Program-made: the position numbers and the translations under genes
DNA from: Podarcis erhardii
Lineage: Eukaryota
DNA length: 64,000 nucleotides
Strand: one strand, 5' to 3'
Assembly: GCA_964252035.1 (NCBI GenBank)
Contig: OZ176202.1
The notes under the pieces: generated by a model
Seen by the model: only the letters and a program-made list of their open reading frames with translations
The model's database searches: none
Told to the model about the DNA's origin: nothing
In this document: piece by piece, positions 1-14,353 of the stretch
Layout of the letters: every line of letters begins with the position of its first letter
Numbering within the stretch: position 1 is the stretch's first letter

Positions 1-445
1 ATTCCGTTTGACTCCCGAGGTATGGCTGCATAATGATAGCACCAGGCAAGCCTCACTGGAGAGAACATTCCACAAATGAGAAGTCACGGCAGAGAAGGCC
101 CGTTCTTGCGTTGCCACCCTTCAGATCTCTCGTGGACGCACACAAAAAGGGCCTCAGGTGATGATTGCAGGGTCTGTGTTGGTTCATATGGGGAGAGGCG
201 GTATTTGAGGTATTGCAGTCTTGGGCCATTTAAGGCTTTATAGGCTAAAACCAGCACTTTGATTTGGGCCCAGGAACTAATTGGCAGCCAGTGCAGTTGG
301 GTCATGATCAGTGTAATATGCTCATACTGTCCTGCCCGGCTGAGCCACCAGCTCTGCTGAATTCTGCATCAGCTGAAGTTTCCGAACCATCTTCAGAGGC
401 AGTCCCACATATCATGCATTGCAGTAACCTTACCTAGAGGTTATC
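1..445 (-). mobile_element. L2-type LINE 3' fragment
   Basis: LHWLPI...KVLVLAYKAL motif; similar to 10323-10934. Confidence 0.8.
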
Positions 446-3400
446 ACTTATGGGAGTGAATGCTTAAAAACAAGAATAAACACTTGTATAGGCCTGAGTT
501 GATCTTAGTGAACATAAGCCCATATTTATGCGTCAAAAATAGATGCCGTATCCTTGTCAAGATAAATCCATTTATTAGAACCATGCCACTTTACTGTAAA
601 TGAAAGTCTCTGTTTATGCAAAATGATTAGTACTTTGGTGCTGAAAAGGTAAAGCTTTGACGTCACTCCTACTTCCTTGAAATTTACATTTTCTCTCTAC
701 AGAACTTGGTATTTATGTGGTGACTTTATAGTCCCATAAACCAGACTTCTATGTAATTATTTACCTTGGAAAGAGCACACACACATTGCATTCCTTCATG
801 TTAGGCAACCTGGTGCTTTTGGTTTGGGATATACTATACATATCTTTTGAATTATAGTTAATTGGGGTGTCTACACTCTGGAGAGAGATTGCGCTTCCTA
901 CAAAAGGTAAATTTGGAGTGAGCTGGAGGGCAAACTAGTGGCATGCACTTTGCGTAAATTAGAAGGTCAGGAAGTATCTGACATACATCTAGACACAGAA
1001 ACAAACACACTTGATTTCTGTCCCACAGCGACAGAAATCTTGATTCCTGTACTGGTTTGCTGGTGCTTCTTCCAGTAGACAAATTGGAGGACCTGGCATA
1101 AAAGGAGCAGTAATGAACAAGGGAGAAAGGATAAATGCTGTGCATATGCTGACTTGTGTAATAGGAGTTTATGAAATAGGATTGAGGGGTGGAAAACACA
1201 CACTCACACAGAGAGAGTAATTGGGCACATCCTGTACTTACTGAATCACCCAGCTCTACTGTAATAAACATTGTTCCATTCAGGCGAGTTCATTCCCTGC
1301 TCTGTCTCAAGTGCAGGAATTGCTTAGAAAGAGAATTTTTGAAAAGATACCACCTACTAGCATGCATGTTGCACAAAGCTTTCATTCTTTTTGCATGGGT
1401 TATTTCAAGATACAGATTAGGGGAATAGGCAACTATCCAATTGACAGATTTAGGATACAGGCACCTATCCAATTGAATGAGGTCTTCCTTACGCGTCTGT
1501 AAAAGCCCTGCAGAACACACATGCCAATTAGTAGCTGATGCAGCTTACTTGCATATGGCAGCTGGAAAAAGTCACAATTTCTGTGCAGCATGTGAAAATA
1601 GCTTCCTTATTATTGGAAAATATTATCCTAAGTCATTCTTGGAACATCTAACATCTGGCTATGTCAAATCAGAGTTCTTTATGTCACTTCCTAGATATAT
1701 ATATTTTTAAGCACCTTTTGCAACTACATAAATTCTCCCAAAGATACTTCACATACACAAAAAAATCCAAATGAACACAGTCCTTACACCCTGAATCAGT
1801 GTAGTAAGAGTTTCTCCATAGTTCTTGTCTACTCTTCAAAAGCCAACAGGACAATCCAATGTCCCTTTCACCATTGTAAATCCCAACTCGGTGACAGGCT
1901 GACACGCTGGGTCAACCTAAGCCAGCCATTCATTATCTAGTGGTGCAATATACATCACAAGTCTTGCTTCCACTTCCTGCCATGTTAGATTGGCAGCAGT
2001 GGAGAATCCTACGGAAGAGACCAAAGGAGTTGTTCATCACAGGGTAGGTTATATTTTCTGAGAGGTTGCTTCACTGTGTACTTTTAATTTCAAAAGGAGA
2101 GCTGCATACAATGGGGGAAAGATAAATAATTGGCTTGAACTTTTGCTTATATTAAGCCCACAGTCGTCTTCCCCCCACCAAGTTCAAATAAGGTCTCAGA
2201 CTTATTGCTGCTTCCATTAGAGATTTTCCTTCTCTCTCTGTAACCCAATCATTATAGCCACCATTTCAGTTCTGTTGCCAGAATCTCTAGCAGATAGAAA
2301 TACATTTTCTGGTTGTCTCCCCAAATTACTGTGAGAAGTCAACATAACTGATCTGAGAATGCTGAAAATGTCCAGATTTTCTGAAGTTTAGAAAAGTGAG
2401 GTTTGCTAACAAAGGGATATGGAAAGTGCACATAGCTACTCATATAATGGGTTTTTTTTTGGGGGGGGGGGGGGTTAGATGCAGCAGTCCTCCTGTAACA
2501 GTAGTCCAAATTATAATGTAGACTTCTAAGACTCAAAGCATGGGACTTCGCAATGCAAATGTCTCCAAACACAGCTGTGGCCAAAGAAAATGGATGCAGG
2601 GCAGTTTTGACACATATATTTTATTCATGTAAATGCAGGGTAATTAATCTCCTGTCCATATGGCAGGTGGTGTTTTCGCTAAGAAGTGAATAATCTAAGC
2701 TATAGGCTGTGGGGAAGGCGGGGTCTGGAAAGAGATTCAGGTCATCTGTGATGAGTTCATAAACAGAAACAAGGGAGGGAACTCATTCCCTGCTCTGTAT
2801 CCCAAACAAACTTATAACCTCTGAGGTTTTGTTCTTAAATTTATGAGTAATTTTCATTCACAAGGCCTATTACTTGAATGCAGCTCTTTTTTTCAGGACA
2901 CACAGTTTGTTGCTTTGATGTGTGATGGGAAATAGTATGAGGGAAAATGCATCTGAAAATCAGAAATGATATCCCCTGCAGTTCATTGCAGTTGCAAAGT
3001 TATAGATCAGATTTTGAACAATACCTCTACAATATAGCTGTGAAGAGCCACTCAAGTTTGGAGCTTTACTGCTTTTGAACCCACACACCTTCTTTCTCAT
3101 GTATGTTTTGCTCAATCATTTGTATAGTTTTATTGGTTAATTAAATGAGACGTTACTAGTATAAATGTTCATTGAATCCCTTCCTAATTTTTAATATTTT
3201 TGGGTGCCACCTTCTGTTCTCACCAAAGGTTTACTGGTGTCCATATGGAAAGGAGGGAGCTTCTTTCTGTCCTCCTGAGGCCTAGTAATGCATTAGTTGG
3301 CAAGAAGCAACAGCAAAGTGTTCTGTGATGGATAGATACACATGTTTTGGCCTAGTTCCACGAGTGGCTCTCTGAGGATAAGGTTTGGGGAAAACGTATC

Positions 3401-3808
3401 TAATTCACCCAGCCTAGGGTGTGTTTTCTTGGCATAAGATTACTGGTCAGGGATGGCAGAGCATATATTTCAAACACTGAAGTTTGCTGGAGCAGAATGT
3501 TTCTATTTTGTTCCATTACTCTTTTTATTCATGCAACAAAGGGAGTAGAAGTACCAGTAGCTATTCTGGGTTAGCGTGGGGTGGTTTTTTTTTGTTTTTG
3601 TTTTTTTTGTTTTTGTATCTGTATTTTATTGTCATATGTTGAAAGAATGTAATTTTTTAAAAGTTTTTTTTAAAAAAATTAAAGAACCAATAGTAAGAGT
3701 TTTCGAAGAAAAATATTTCTTTGTGCATGTTTTTCTTACTGCCTATAAGGCCTAATGAATTTCAACACAAACTGTTTTGAAAGATACAGGTTGCTTCCAC
3801 ATGAGGAC

Positions 3809-3973
3809 GGGCCATAGTTCATTCAGTGGTGCATGCAAAAGGTTCCAGGTTCAGTCCCCAACATCTAGGGCTGAGGAGTATTCCTGCCTGAAACCCTGGA
3901 ATGCCACTGCCAGTCAGCGTAGATACCAAGCTAGATGGAGCAATGTGGTATAAGGCAGCCTCCTGTGATCCTT
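3809..3973 (+). mobile_element. tRNA-Ala-derived squamate SINE (Squam2/Anolis SINE2-like), degenerate
   Basis: A/B-box-like head plus CTGCCAGTCAG...GCTAGATGG...AAGGCAGC body shared with 7 other copies in the window. Confidence 0.7.
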
Positions 3974-4269
3974 CATTTAGCCCTGCTGAAGGATTGCTCT
4001 TCCAGGAGCAGCTGGAAATGGAATTATAATTGTAGTTACACACACTTAATAACAGTGCTAGATCTTTATTAACATTCTGTAGCTCCCATCTTTACAGCAG
4101 AGACAAAAATGGGTGGTTGCAGCTGTACTCAAGGATCCTAAGAATTTTGGTATTCGGTGCAATGGGACTTACTCCCTGGAAAGCATGCTTGGAATTGCTG
4201 CCATTTCATGTTGCAGTACTGTATTAATTTGTAAAACATTTTTGCTTATTATCCCAGCACGTGGACTGT

Positions 4270-5190
4270 TGTGCAGCAGTGGGACTTTGTTGGCATCTGC
4301 CTGTCTCGAGAGACAATGGAGTGCGCCTCCAGGGGTGAAGCCAAACCGCTGGAGAATCACAGCACCTGCTGTGGCTGCAGAGCCTGGTAACTCATAACTC
4401 CTGCCTCTTGTGTTGTTTTTGCTGCGATAGCAGCACTAAAAAGACCTCTCTGGGGCACAAGCCTAGGCTGTGTGTATGTTTGTCCAGGGCTGCCCAGATG
4501 ACAGGACCCTCCCCCTTTTTGCCTCGCTGTAGTGGTCCGAAGGAAAGCAGAGCAATACATTTAGTACCAGCTTGGCTGCAGGAGTTGCTGGAAGAGACGT
4601 ACAAGGCACCATTCAGCTGTCTTAGGGACTTGTGTAGGGTTTACTCCTTAGTGTTTTCTTCTGCTGAAGATGTCCCTCCACACAGCAATGGGACCGAAGG
4701 TGGAAAAATGTCTACCTGACTTGATTGAGCTCAGGTTAATAATAATGGGGAGCATGTGGTGTGATCAGACCCAAGAGCACTTACTCCGATAGCTTGCCTT
4801 GCTGGGTTGCAGCTGCAGAGAATGAGTATTAGTGATCAAAGGCCATTCTCCCCACACCGGGTTGCGCCATCCTGCTCAGATGCACCAATAGAGAGAGAGT
4901 CAGTGAGCAAGAGGGTGTGGTTTTAATGCCAAAGGGCACTGGCTTGTTTCTGGTGTGTCACAGAGGAAGAGTTCCTGGGGTGAACAAGGAGCTTTCCATT
5001 GCTTCTTCCAACTGCAGGCAGCGAGATGGACCAGCTGAAGATTCTTTGTCACAACAGCATCACCAAGCTGGGCACAGAACACAACTCCCACCACCCTACA
5101 AACCACATTGGCAGCACTTTGCCAATTCACATGTGAAAGGCTGGCACTTCAATTGTAAGCCAGGAAAATTCCCACAAATCAGGTTGGTTT
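4270..5190 (+). mobile_element. Possible 5' region of an RTE-type LINE
   Basis: Higher-GC block with recalled resemblance to lizard RTE 5' ends; no catalytic motif seen. Confidence 0.35.
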
Positions 5191-5262
5191 TAAAAGAAAA
5201 CACCGAGGGTAATTCAGAAAAGACTGCAGTGCAATAAGCTATTGTTGTTGTTGTTGTTGTTA

Positions 5263-5620
5263 CTATATTGGCCTGAATATAAGCCTCACTTTCCACCCAA
5301 ATTCCGACTGTGAAAAGTTAAAGTGTGGCTTATATTCGTGACCTTAACGGTATGCAGCCAGGAGCGCGGGGCAAACAGCACCAGGAGCGCAGCAAAGCGG
5401 CGTCCGCCTTGTGGCTAGTCCCCTGTCCTCTCCCCCAAGGCCGGGAAGGGAGAAAGCGAGGAAGGGGAAAGGCCGCCAGCAATGCAGCTTCCCCCCCCCC
5501 ATATGCAACTAGGAGCAGCAAGGAATGGAGTGGCTTATATGTGGGCTTTTTAGCTTTCCCCCCTCCAATTTTAAAGGTGTGGTTTATATTTGGGTGCGGC
5601 TTATATTCAGGCCAATATGG
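5263..5620. mobile_element. Tc1/mariner-type MITE
   Basis: 23-bp TIR C(T/C)ATATTGGCCTGAATATAAGCC (22/23), flanked by TA and TG. Confidence 0.85.
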
Positions 5621-5624
5621 TGGT

Positions 5625-5888
5625 ATTATGATTATGATTAATTACATTTACATACCACCCTTCACCCAAAGATCACAGGCAGTATACAACATAAAAATAA
5701 AAAATGAAAACACAAAATACATAACAAAACAAAACACCCAATACCCACTCCAATGAAAGGCCTGGTTGAAGGGGAATGTTTTTGCCTGTCACCCGAAGAT
5801 ATGTTACGAAGGTGATAGGCAAGCCTTCCTGGGGGGAGAGCATTCCACAAATGGGGAGCCACTGTAGAAAAGGCCTGTTCTCCTGTTA
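5625..5888 (-). mobile_element. L2-type LINE 3' end with short-repeat tail
   Basis: Shares CATTCCACA...GAAAAGGCC and ATACCACCCTTCA segments with the other L2 copies. Confidence 0.7.
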
Positions 5889-7483
5889 GAGGGTGATTGC
5901 AGGGTCAAGGTTGGTTCGCAAATTCAGGGCATAAATATTTGTTTGTTCAGAAGTAGGAGAAACATTTTCTCTGGTTGCAAATAAGTATATATATATTGGT
6001 GTTAATATTTTAACACTTCTGTGTCAGGGCATAATTCTAGAATTCTACAGTCAAGAGCCATTTTGGTTCAGTAAAGAGCCTTGATTGGTAACAGTTGAGC
6101 TTGGCTAAGTTGGTACTTCTCAACATGGCCTACAGTGGTGTTGTAAAGATAAAGTATGCAGTTGTGAAGCCCGCTGGGACTACTATTAAAATGTTTCCAT
6201 GAATCCAGCCACTAGGAAACCAGGAAACCTGTGCACTGGTAGATATATTTCCAGTAGTAATTCTAGCAGTAAGGCTGCATTAAACTGCTAGAATGAGCAC
6301 AACCATATCTCGTCAAGAGCACACAGAAGGTTTCTGACACGTTGGCTAAAAACAAGAGAGGAGTTTTATTTGCTGTCTTAAATCCCTCAGGGCTATATTC
6401 ATAGGTGACTTAATGACTTAGGGCATGCTCTGTCTCAGAGATAAGCAGACATAATTCACAGCAGTCAGGTCATTCATCCTTTGAGATAGCAAGCAGCTGT
6501 AGGCCATAGGGAACAAGAGATAAAGATACTAAACATCAGCAGTAGTAGTTCAAGGTTGTGGACCTCTCTGTCTCCTGCCCTGACCCAGCAACCATTTGCA
6601 GTTAATTATTCAGCCATTTGCATTTTCCAGGGTGAAATGCTTTAGTAGCAGATGGTTTTAAGTGAACGCATTGCCAATTTTGGTTTTGATCTCTCCATGC
6701 AACCAGCATGACTCAGAGATGTATGTGTGTGTTTTAAACGAGCACACATTATTTTTAAATAAAGTAATCGACATTTATTAGTATGTTGCAACTGCACATG
6801 ATCTGTGATACTACACTATATAGTGAGGCTGCAAAGAACATAGGCGTTAGTAGCAGCACACATGGTTTCTTACCTTTAGAGTCAAGAGGGCGGTATTTTC
6901 TCCCTTCTCTTGTCTACCCATCAAATGTAAACCAGTTTAAAGCCAGTATGTAATTATGGCTACCTGAGTTGAACCCTGGGAAGTATAATTTGGTCCTGAG
7001 GATTCTATTAGAGACCCCCTTCTGAAAAGCTACAGTTCCTAGAATCCTGTAATGAAAATTGCAGAAGTGAAGCAGGTTGCCATTGGTGTCCCTTTCACCT
7101 ACTTTTACCTATCTGCCAAGCGTTGTACTTGGAACTCATTAGATCCAGCACACACTTCCCCTTTAAAGCTCTGGGATGAAAAGCAACCTATTTAAATGTA
7201 ATGCATGGCATTGTCGGTTGTGCCTGCATGTTTCAATGGGTGTCCCTGAAATAAACAGGAAAGGGGAGCACTTAAACAGTGTGTGCATTATTTTGCATTT
7301 GAAACTCTGGTACTTCAGCCTGATTTTCAAGTGAGAGCTAGCTCTTAGGCTGCATTTGGTATTGTTATCAAGCCTTGGCTTCTTACCCTCCCCCCTCTCT
7401 CTCTTGCTCTGTTGTGGCCTCAAAGAAGAGATTGGAAGTGTTTGCTTCTGTGTTTTTCTTTTTGACTCAGTTTTGATTAATCC

Positions 7484-7563
7484 AGGCAAATTGCGGGCAG
7501 CAAAGTGGCAAATGCAATTCAGTGCAAACAAGTGTAACATGATGCACATTGGGGCAAAAAAAA
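7484..7563 (+). mobile_element. CR1 LINE RT C-terminal fragment
   Basis: Translates AAKWQMQFSANKCNMMHIGAK, the CR1 WxMxFNxxKCxVMHxG motif. Confidence 0.7.
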
Positions 7564-9482
7564 GGGGGGGGGAGTCTGACTTAAAAAAAATAATCCTTGA
7601 GCATTTTCCATTCTGACTGGGGCTGGTGGGAGTCCACAGCATATGGAAGTTCCAAGGTTACTTATTCCTGATGTAGAACATTTTGGATAGAAAAAACAGT
7701 GAGTTTCCTACCTCAGAATGCATGGAACAAGACTCTTAGCAGTGCATTCCTCAGAACGTTTACTCAGACAGGAGTCCCATTGAGTTCAGTAAGACTTGCT
7801 CCTGGGTAAGGGTGCATAGGATTGCAGTCTTAAGTGAAACAAACATTAGCATTACACACAGAAACCCCTTCTTTGCTCCCTCCCACACATAAGCCACAGT
7901 TTATAAACAGGGTTTAATATTGTGCAAAAGTATTGAAGCAGACCACTGGAAGGCTTTGACAGAGTTTTGAGATGACTAAACTGTAGCGAAGTATTTTTAT
8001 CTCATATGTCTGCGTGCAAGAGGGAAGAAAGAGCAAAGCTCTGGCTTTGCCGTGAAGGAGAAGCCCATGTTCTCTGTGGTGCGTCATGATTTGTAGTGTG
8101 GTTTTAGCATGTGGCAAATTGGAAGTTCTGCAAGGGAAGTTTTCCTTCCCCCCTTCTTTATTTTAATTACTTGGACTATTTTTGCTTTGACTCAGCAATT
8201 CTGAAGAGTACAAACTGTGCTACTGTATCTGCGAAAAGGGAAGTTTAAACGATGGGGATGATAAAAAGCAAATATCCTGCCTTCTCAAAAAAAGGGGGGG
8301 GATTAGCAGGAGGCGAAAGCACTATGCCTCTTAGACATGTTTTTTTAAAATAAATTAAGAAGAATATCCAGAGCTTTCTGGATGCACACTTTATTCCAAA
8401 AACTTTAGAACTCTTCCAACCTGGCTGCCCTTTTTTTTTTTTTTTTTGCAAAAGAAACACAGAAAAAGAGTGAAAAGTGAGAAAGAGAGAAATAATTTTA
8501 ACTGGCTATGGTGATGAACAAAACGAAGAAAAGAACCCTCCCCACTGCGCCCAAAATATTGGAAACTTTGGTTTCTTAAGTAGGTCACAGCAAGCCCGGG
8601 TTGCCGGCTTGTGGGGTATTGTGAATGAGCAGTGGGAATGAACTAGTGCCTGCTACCCCAATTGCTCTTGCTTTGCTCTTCTCCTGGCTCAGTCAGTAGA
8701 GCATGAGACTCTTAATCTTGGGATCATGGATTTGACCCCCCAGATTGAGCAAAAGATTGCTGCATTGCAGGGGGTTGGACTAGATGACCCTCTTGGTACA
8801 TTCCAACTCAACAATTCTATGAATGGGTTCAAGCATCCCAGGAAGCTAAGCTTAATAGCAGATTCTTGGTATGTTTCTCCCTGCTCACTCCAAGGCGCAG
8901 CAAAGCAGGAGTGATTGGATGGCATGCACCAGAACACTGCTCATTCATAAGAAACCACTGGACAACCCAGCGCTCCCACGATGACATGCAAATGCAGCCT
9001 TTGCATAGACAACGCGCTTAACAATTAAGAGTAATCGCTTGCCATTACATCAGACGCTCGGCTAGAGAAGTGGTAGAAAATGAAGTGAAAGCAAGTGATG
9101 TATCTGCTGAATCAGGCCTGCGCGATTTGTGAGCCTGTAAGGAGGAAGCATCCCCAGTGCTTGTTCTTTCTGTTCCAGACAGGCGGCAAAACTTAACAAT
9201 TTGTCAAGTCCCTTATGAGCCATCAGACTTGGCTGGTAGGCTGTGCTCACCTTTCTGAATTGCAAGTTGTGCATCTGTGTGCTGTGCAGTACTTCGGAAT
9301 TCCACTAGTAATCCTGTGTCTCTATTCTACAACTTGTTTCTCAAGTTAAGGTTATTGGAGGGGGGGGCTGGCTATGGCCTTCAGGACACCCTATAGCTGA
9401 AGCTCTCAAGAATATTGTTTCAAGGCTGAACCAAAGGAGCAATCATTTTATTATTTATTAAATTCATATACCACCCTTCATC

Positions 9483-9590
9483 CATGGGCATAACCAGGGG
9501 GAGCAGAGAGGCGCAGCTCCCCCCATCAATAAAAATACATAACTAACTGAGGTTAGCCCCGCCCCCCCACAAATCCTGGCTGCACCCATG
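9483..9590. mobile_element. Small MITE (CATGGG...CCCATG termini) inserted in an L2 tail
   Basis: Imperfect 16-bp TIR; interrupts ATACCACCCTTCATC. Confidence 0.55.
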
Positions 9591-9912
9591 CCTTCATTCA
9601 AAGACCATATTTTTGAGTCAAGGGGCATATTTCAAAAGGCAGAGGAACACACTTCTTGACGAAAGTAGATAGATGGATATGGATAGAATAGAGAGCACAG
9701 TAATAGTGCTGTATAAAATATTGACATGCCTGCCTGCCAACAGGACTTATACTTGAATGTGGGAGAATTAAGGAACTGACAACAAGGATGAGATAGCAGA
9801 AAGTCATGTGGCAGTGGATATAATATAACCTGATGCAGGAGGTTAATGCTTCTGTTAAATACAGGGATAAGAATGACAGCATCTTCTGAAATAGCTTTCA
9901 GTGACTGTAGGT

Positions 9913-10022
9913 CAGTGTTTCTCTAGCTTGGGTCTTCAGCTGTTGTTGGACTACAACTCCCATAATCCCTAGCTAGCAGGGCCAGTGGTCAGGGAGGATG
10001 GGAGCTGTAGTTGAACAAGAGC
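9913..10022. mobile_element. Palindromic hAT-type MITE (GGACTACAACTCCC family), truncated
   Basis: Internal inverted repeat shared with the copies at 16.0, 16.2, 17.3, 27.5, 42.6 and 55.9 kb. Confidence 0.75.
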
Positions 10023-10322
10023 AACTAGTTATTCTTTCACTACGCAGGATGGATACAACCATTATGTCAAGTGCATCCTACTATTGTCAGCATAATGTCT
10101 CTGCTGAAATACGGTCTTTGAGATACATCTGCATGACTACATCATGCATCTGCATGACAACAGGACTTCTTCTGCACTCTGTTGTATACTTCTGAAATTT
10201 CCTCTTACTCAGTACATGGATCTGTTCTTGTTTCATGTGAAAAAAGGGTAGCGGATAAATTCCAGCTGCTTGTGACAGTTATGATCATATCAGAGTTTAA
10301 AAGCTAACTTCTGTTGTTGATA

Positions 10323-10934
10323 CTCTGTTAACCTCTAGGTTAGATTTCTGTAACGTGTTATATATAGGGCCGCCTCTGGAGATGGTTTGGAAACTTCAGC
10401 TGATGCAGAATTCAGTGGCCAGGTTGTTTACTGGGGCAAGACAGTTTGAGCACATAATGCCAATCCTGGCCCAACTGCACTGGCTGCCAATTACTTCCTG
10501 GGCCCAATTCGAAGTGCTGGTTTTAACCTATAAAGCCTTAAGTGGCTGAGGACCGCAGTACTTCCAAGGACCGCCTCTCTCCCTGTGAACCGACCCAGAC
10601 CCTGTGATCATCATCTGAGGCCCTTCTTCGCGTGCCTCCTTTACGAGAGGTCAGGAGGGTGGGAACATGAGAACAGGCCTTTTCTGTGGTGGCTCCCCAC
10701 TTGTGGAATGCCCCCCCCCCCCGGGAGGCTCGCCTGGTCCCTTCATTGCATATCTTTAAGCACTAGGGAAAAACATGCCTCTTCTCCCAGGCCTTTGACT
10801 AATTAAACAATCTATGGCCTTTTAAACTGGGGAGCAGGTATTGTATTGTTTTGTTTCTTGTTATGTCAGGTATTTTTGTGTTTTTATACTGTAATCCTCA
10901 GATGAAGGGCGGTCTATAAATTTAACAAACAAAT
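10323..10934 (+). mobile_element. L2-type LINE 3' fragment
   Basis: KLQLMQNSVARL...LHWLPI...YKAL; ends GAAGGGCGGTCTATAAAT plus AAAC tail. Confidence 0.82.
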
Positions 10935-10952
10935 AGCTAATGTCATAATAGC

Positions 10953-11030
10953 ATAGGAAAGCCGCCTTGTACTATGGCAGACTATTGGTACATCAAGCTC
11001 AGTACTGTGGCAGAGCTGGCTGGAGCAAGC
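10953..11030 (-). mobile_element. Squam2-like SINE 3' fragment
   Basis: Reverse complement of ...TACTGAGCTTGATG...AAGGCGGCTTTCCT. Confidence 0.5.
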
Positions 11031-12370
11031 CTAGCTTCTCCCATCATGGTTATGGAACCTGTTATGACAGCTGAAGGGTTATAAAGTGGAAATGAATGAA
11101 CTGGGAAGGAGGGGTACACCCGTAAATGTAAAACCTGCCTCTGTGGCAGGTAGCAATATTGAATGAACAAATGTGATGTGGAAAAGGTTTTAAACATATA
11201 ATAATACGTGTAAGCCTCCTTTTATTTTTCCGTCTGACAAAAAAAAAGTTTCCAACCACATTAAGAAAGCACAACTGTGTGGGTGTATGGTGAGTTACCA
11301 CACCAAGATTAGTTTAAAGTTTCTCTGGATGTTTGTTCCAGCTCGTGTCAACCAGTTCAGAAACAGTCTTGAACAGAAAACCCCCACAATTAGCATTGGA
11401 AAGGTGATACCATTTATTGGGCCAACACATTTGAATACTCCTGCATTAACCAACCTGTGAATCTTAAATATTTTTGGTTAGTCTCACTTGTAAGGAAGTG
11501 TACTTAGGACCGTAGGCCTGAAAAGATAATCATCGTCTTATGTGTCTCAGTTTCTTTGGGTTCAAGGCAGAGACAACTAACCGTAACTCCAGGGCTAAAT
11601 GACTCAAATCATTCTGAATGCCACTTTTACATGCGTGTTTTCTAACTCACGAGGGCTGTAGCATTACATTAGCCACACATTTTTACCCAGCATTTCCTCC
11701 TCCTAACCATTTTTAAAAACATATTGCTCCTTAATGTACCTTTTATTCTACATCTATATTCGTTGTACTTCTTCTGTAACCACCACCTCTGTCTCTCTGC
11801 GGTTCCATTCCTCCCTGTTTTGCTTTGGTCTTCAGTTTCTTCCCTTCTTTGTTTCTTTCCCTACTCCTTAACATCACATAAGATTTTTGTTCTCCCAACA
11901 TTTTACACTGTTAGGGACTTTCCATACTAACTTAGATTTGCAGTTGTGTGTACCACTTGACAAAGAACTGCAGCTAATGCTGCCTCAGCTGGTGAGATAA
12001 CAGATCGTTCCAAACGTGTGTTTCCATTTTTAAGGTGGACCCTTCCATCTAAGAAAAGTAGCATGTGCAATGGCCCTGAGGAAGTGTATCAGATGCAGGC
12101 AAGCTGTGCAGTGTGTCTGCATTGTTACAACATACTGGCAAAACTTCCACCACCATTGCTGAATATGTATGAGTCGGGGACAGGGGTAGGCAAAACCTCA
12201 CACAGAGCAGGATGACAAGTGGGATAAACCAACACTGGGAAGAGGAGCAGGGAAACAGCAATCCAGAATTGGGATTAAAAAGGGTCCTTGGGAGAGAGAA
12301 ACTGGCAAGAGGAAGAAAAGAGAATCAGCATAGAGCTGGCCTTTTGGGGAGATGTAACTCACTTCCCTAG

Positions 12371-12740
12371 GACACAGGTGGCACTGTGGTCTAAACCACT
12401 GAGCCTGGGGCTTGCTGATCAGAAGGTTGGCAGTTCGAATCCCCGCGACAGGGTGAGCTCCCCTTGTTCGGTCCCAGCTCCTTCCAACCTAGCAGTTTGA
12501 AAGCACGTCAAAAGTGCAAGTAGATAAATAGGTACCACTCCGTCGGGAAGGTAAGCGGCGTTTCCGTGTGCTGCTCTGGTTTCGTCAGAAGCGGCTTAGT
12601 CATGCTGGCCACATGACCCAGAAAAACTGTCTGTGGACAAACATCGGCTCCCTCGGCCAGTAAAGCGAGTTGAGCGCCGCAACCCCAGAGTCATTTGTGA
12701 CTGGACTTAACTGTCAGGGGTCATTTACCTTTACCTTTTT
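12371..12740 (+). mobile_element. Full-length Sauria SINE (Squam1)
   Basis: tRNA-like head with GTTCGAATCC B box, (TTTACC)n tail, 16-bp TSD TAACTCACTTCCCTAG at 12355-12370 and 12741-12756. Confidence 0.93.
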
Positions 12741-14029
12741 TAACTCACTTCCCTAGAGAAGCCAGCCAGAGTAAGGGAACATTGACCACCAAGGACAAAA
12801 GAAGCTATCTAAGATGATGTTATTATTGGTCTCCAGGCTGTATATAGAATCTACATACAATGGCTGCACACTATGGACCACAGCTGAAAATGCAGGGTTA
12901 ACTGAAAACGATAACGACACAAAAAGCAATAGCTTTTTAATTGTTGGTGACAGTCATAGAGATTTCACACCACCGACAGACAACTGAGTCTGGAATGTTG
13001 CAAGTGAATGGGAAGCCCTTACGTATCCCACCCTTAAAGTTGGGAGAGGCTGAGATTGGTAGAGAGATTGAGGTAGACTATAAGAACAAATTAAAGTTCT
13101 ATATGGGGGAAGTAATTACTACGTGATTAAGGATTTCAGACCAGGTGGAGTAAGTTATGGACCAGTTCTGGCAATGTTTCATAGCTGCTGAAAGGCTGAC
13201 AATTATAGTGCAGTAAGATAGATGGTTTGGGGATCAAGGATTAGTGCCAAGGTTTCAGCTGGTAAAATTAAGGCTGAAGTAAGGATAATTCTAATGGATA
13301 TGGAAGCATGGAGAACAACTTTTTATTGGCTAGGAGGATTTTATTTAGTTACTCAACCTTTCATTTACAGGATGCTAGGGTGTATGTAGCCAGAAGCTGG
13401 CAAGCAAATTGGTAGGAAATGGGATGGATCTGAGAATGAGTCAACTTGCCCCTAGAACTGGGAGTCATCCACATACAAAATAAGCAATTACAACGTTTTT
13501 TCTTAAGAACTTGTCAAAAAACAAACAAACAAAAGGAGCCTTACTCTTTTCTTAAGAGTTTCCATGCCAGTAGTGATAATATCCTTAGTGCAATATCTCT
13601 CCCCCTACCCCATTTTAAAGCATACACTTTTCTGTCTTCATCAGCATAATTCTTCCCTCTCACCCCACCCCCATGTGTTTTGCCAGTTACTATTGTTAAT
13701 CAAATTGAACAGAAGAGTCTAAATACCTATGGATTCTACAGTCTTTCTTTGTTATACAAGCGAGTAACATGGAACACTTCCAACATGTCTTGGCTGTGGG
13801 GCCGTTGCTTATTGGATCCTTTTAAAATAACCTAGTTCCACTTGATTCACACCAGTAAAGCATTTGCGCAAAAAAGAGAGAAAAAGCTCATTGAGGAAGA
13901 AAATGGGTTTATTAGGTAACAGGTATACTATTTCTGTAGCCAGATTTTATTGAATGACTCTTATGTTCAAAGAATGTAGAGCAGGATTACTCAATGCCCA
14001 AAGAATGACCCTTGTATATACTTCTCTTT

Positions 14030-14180
14030 NNNNNNNNNNNNNNNNNNNNNNNNNNNNNNNNNNNNNNNNNNNNNNNNNNNNNNNNNNNNNNNNNNNNNNN
14101 NNNNNNNNNNNNNNNNNNNNNNNNNNNNNNNNNNNNNNNNNNNNNNNNNNNNNNNNNNNNNNNNNNNNNNNNNNNNNNNN
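14030..14180. other. Assembly gap (151 N)
   Basis: Run of N. Confidence 1.
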
Positions 14181-14294
14181 GGGTATGTACTGTTTCAAAA
14201 TGTGTTATGGGTTGATGAGCTGTTGTCACAGCTCAGTTATGACTAGAGATGACTTCTGTTCTGCTCCCCTTCAACATATTTGGAGCTCTCTCTT

Positions 14295-14300
14295 TTCTTT

Positions 14301-14352
<52 letters not shown>
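14295..14352. repeat. (TTTC)n microsatellite
   Basis: Direct read. Confidence 0.95.

Positions 14353-14353
<1 letters not shown>

Noticed and set aside
5325-5756. 143-aa ORF
   Set aside because: Spans a MITE and an L2 tail; no homology signal.
12790-13130. Possible ancient RTE RT fragment (YNGCTLWT)
   Set aside because: Single weak motif with stops; insufficient evidence.
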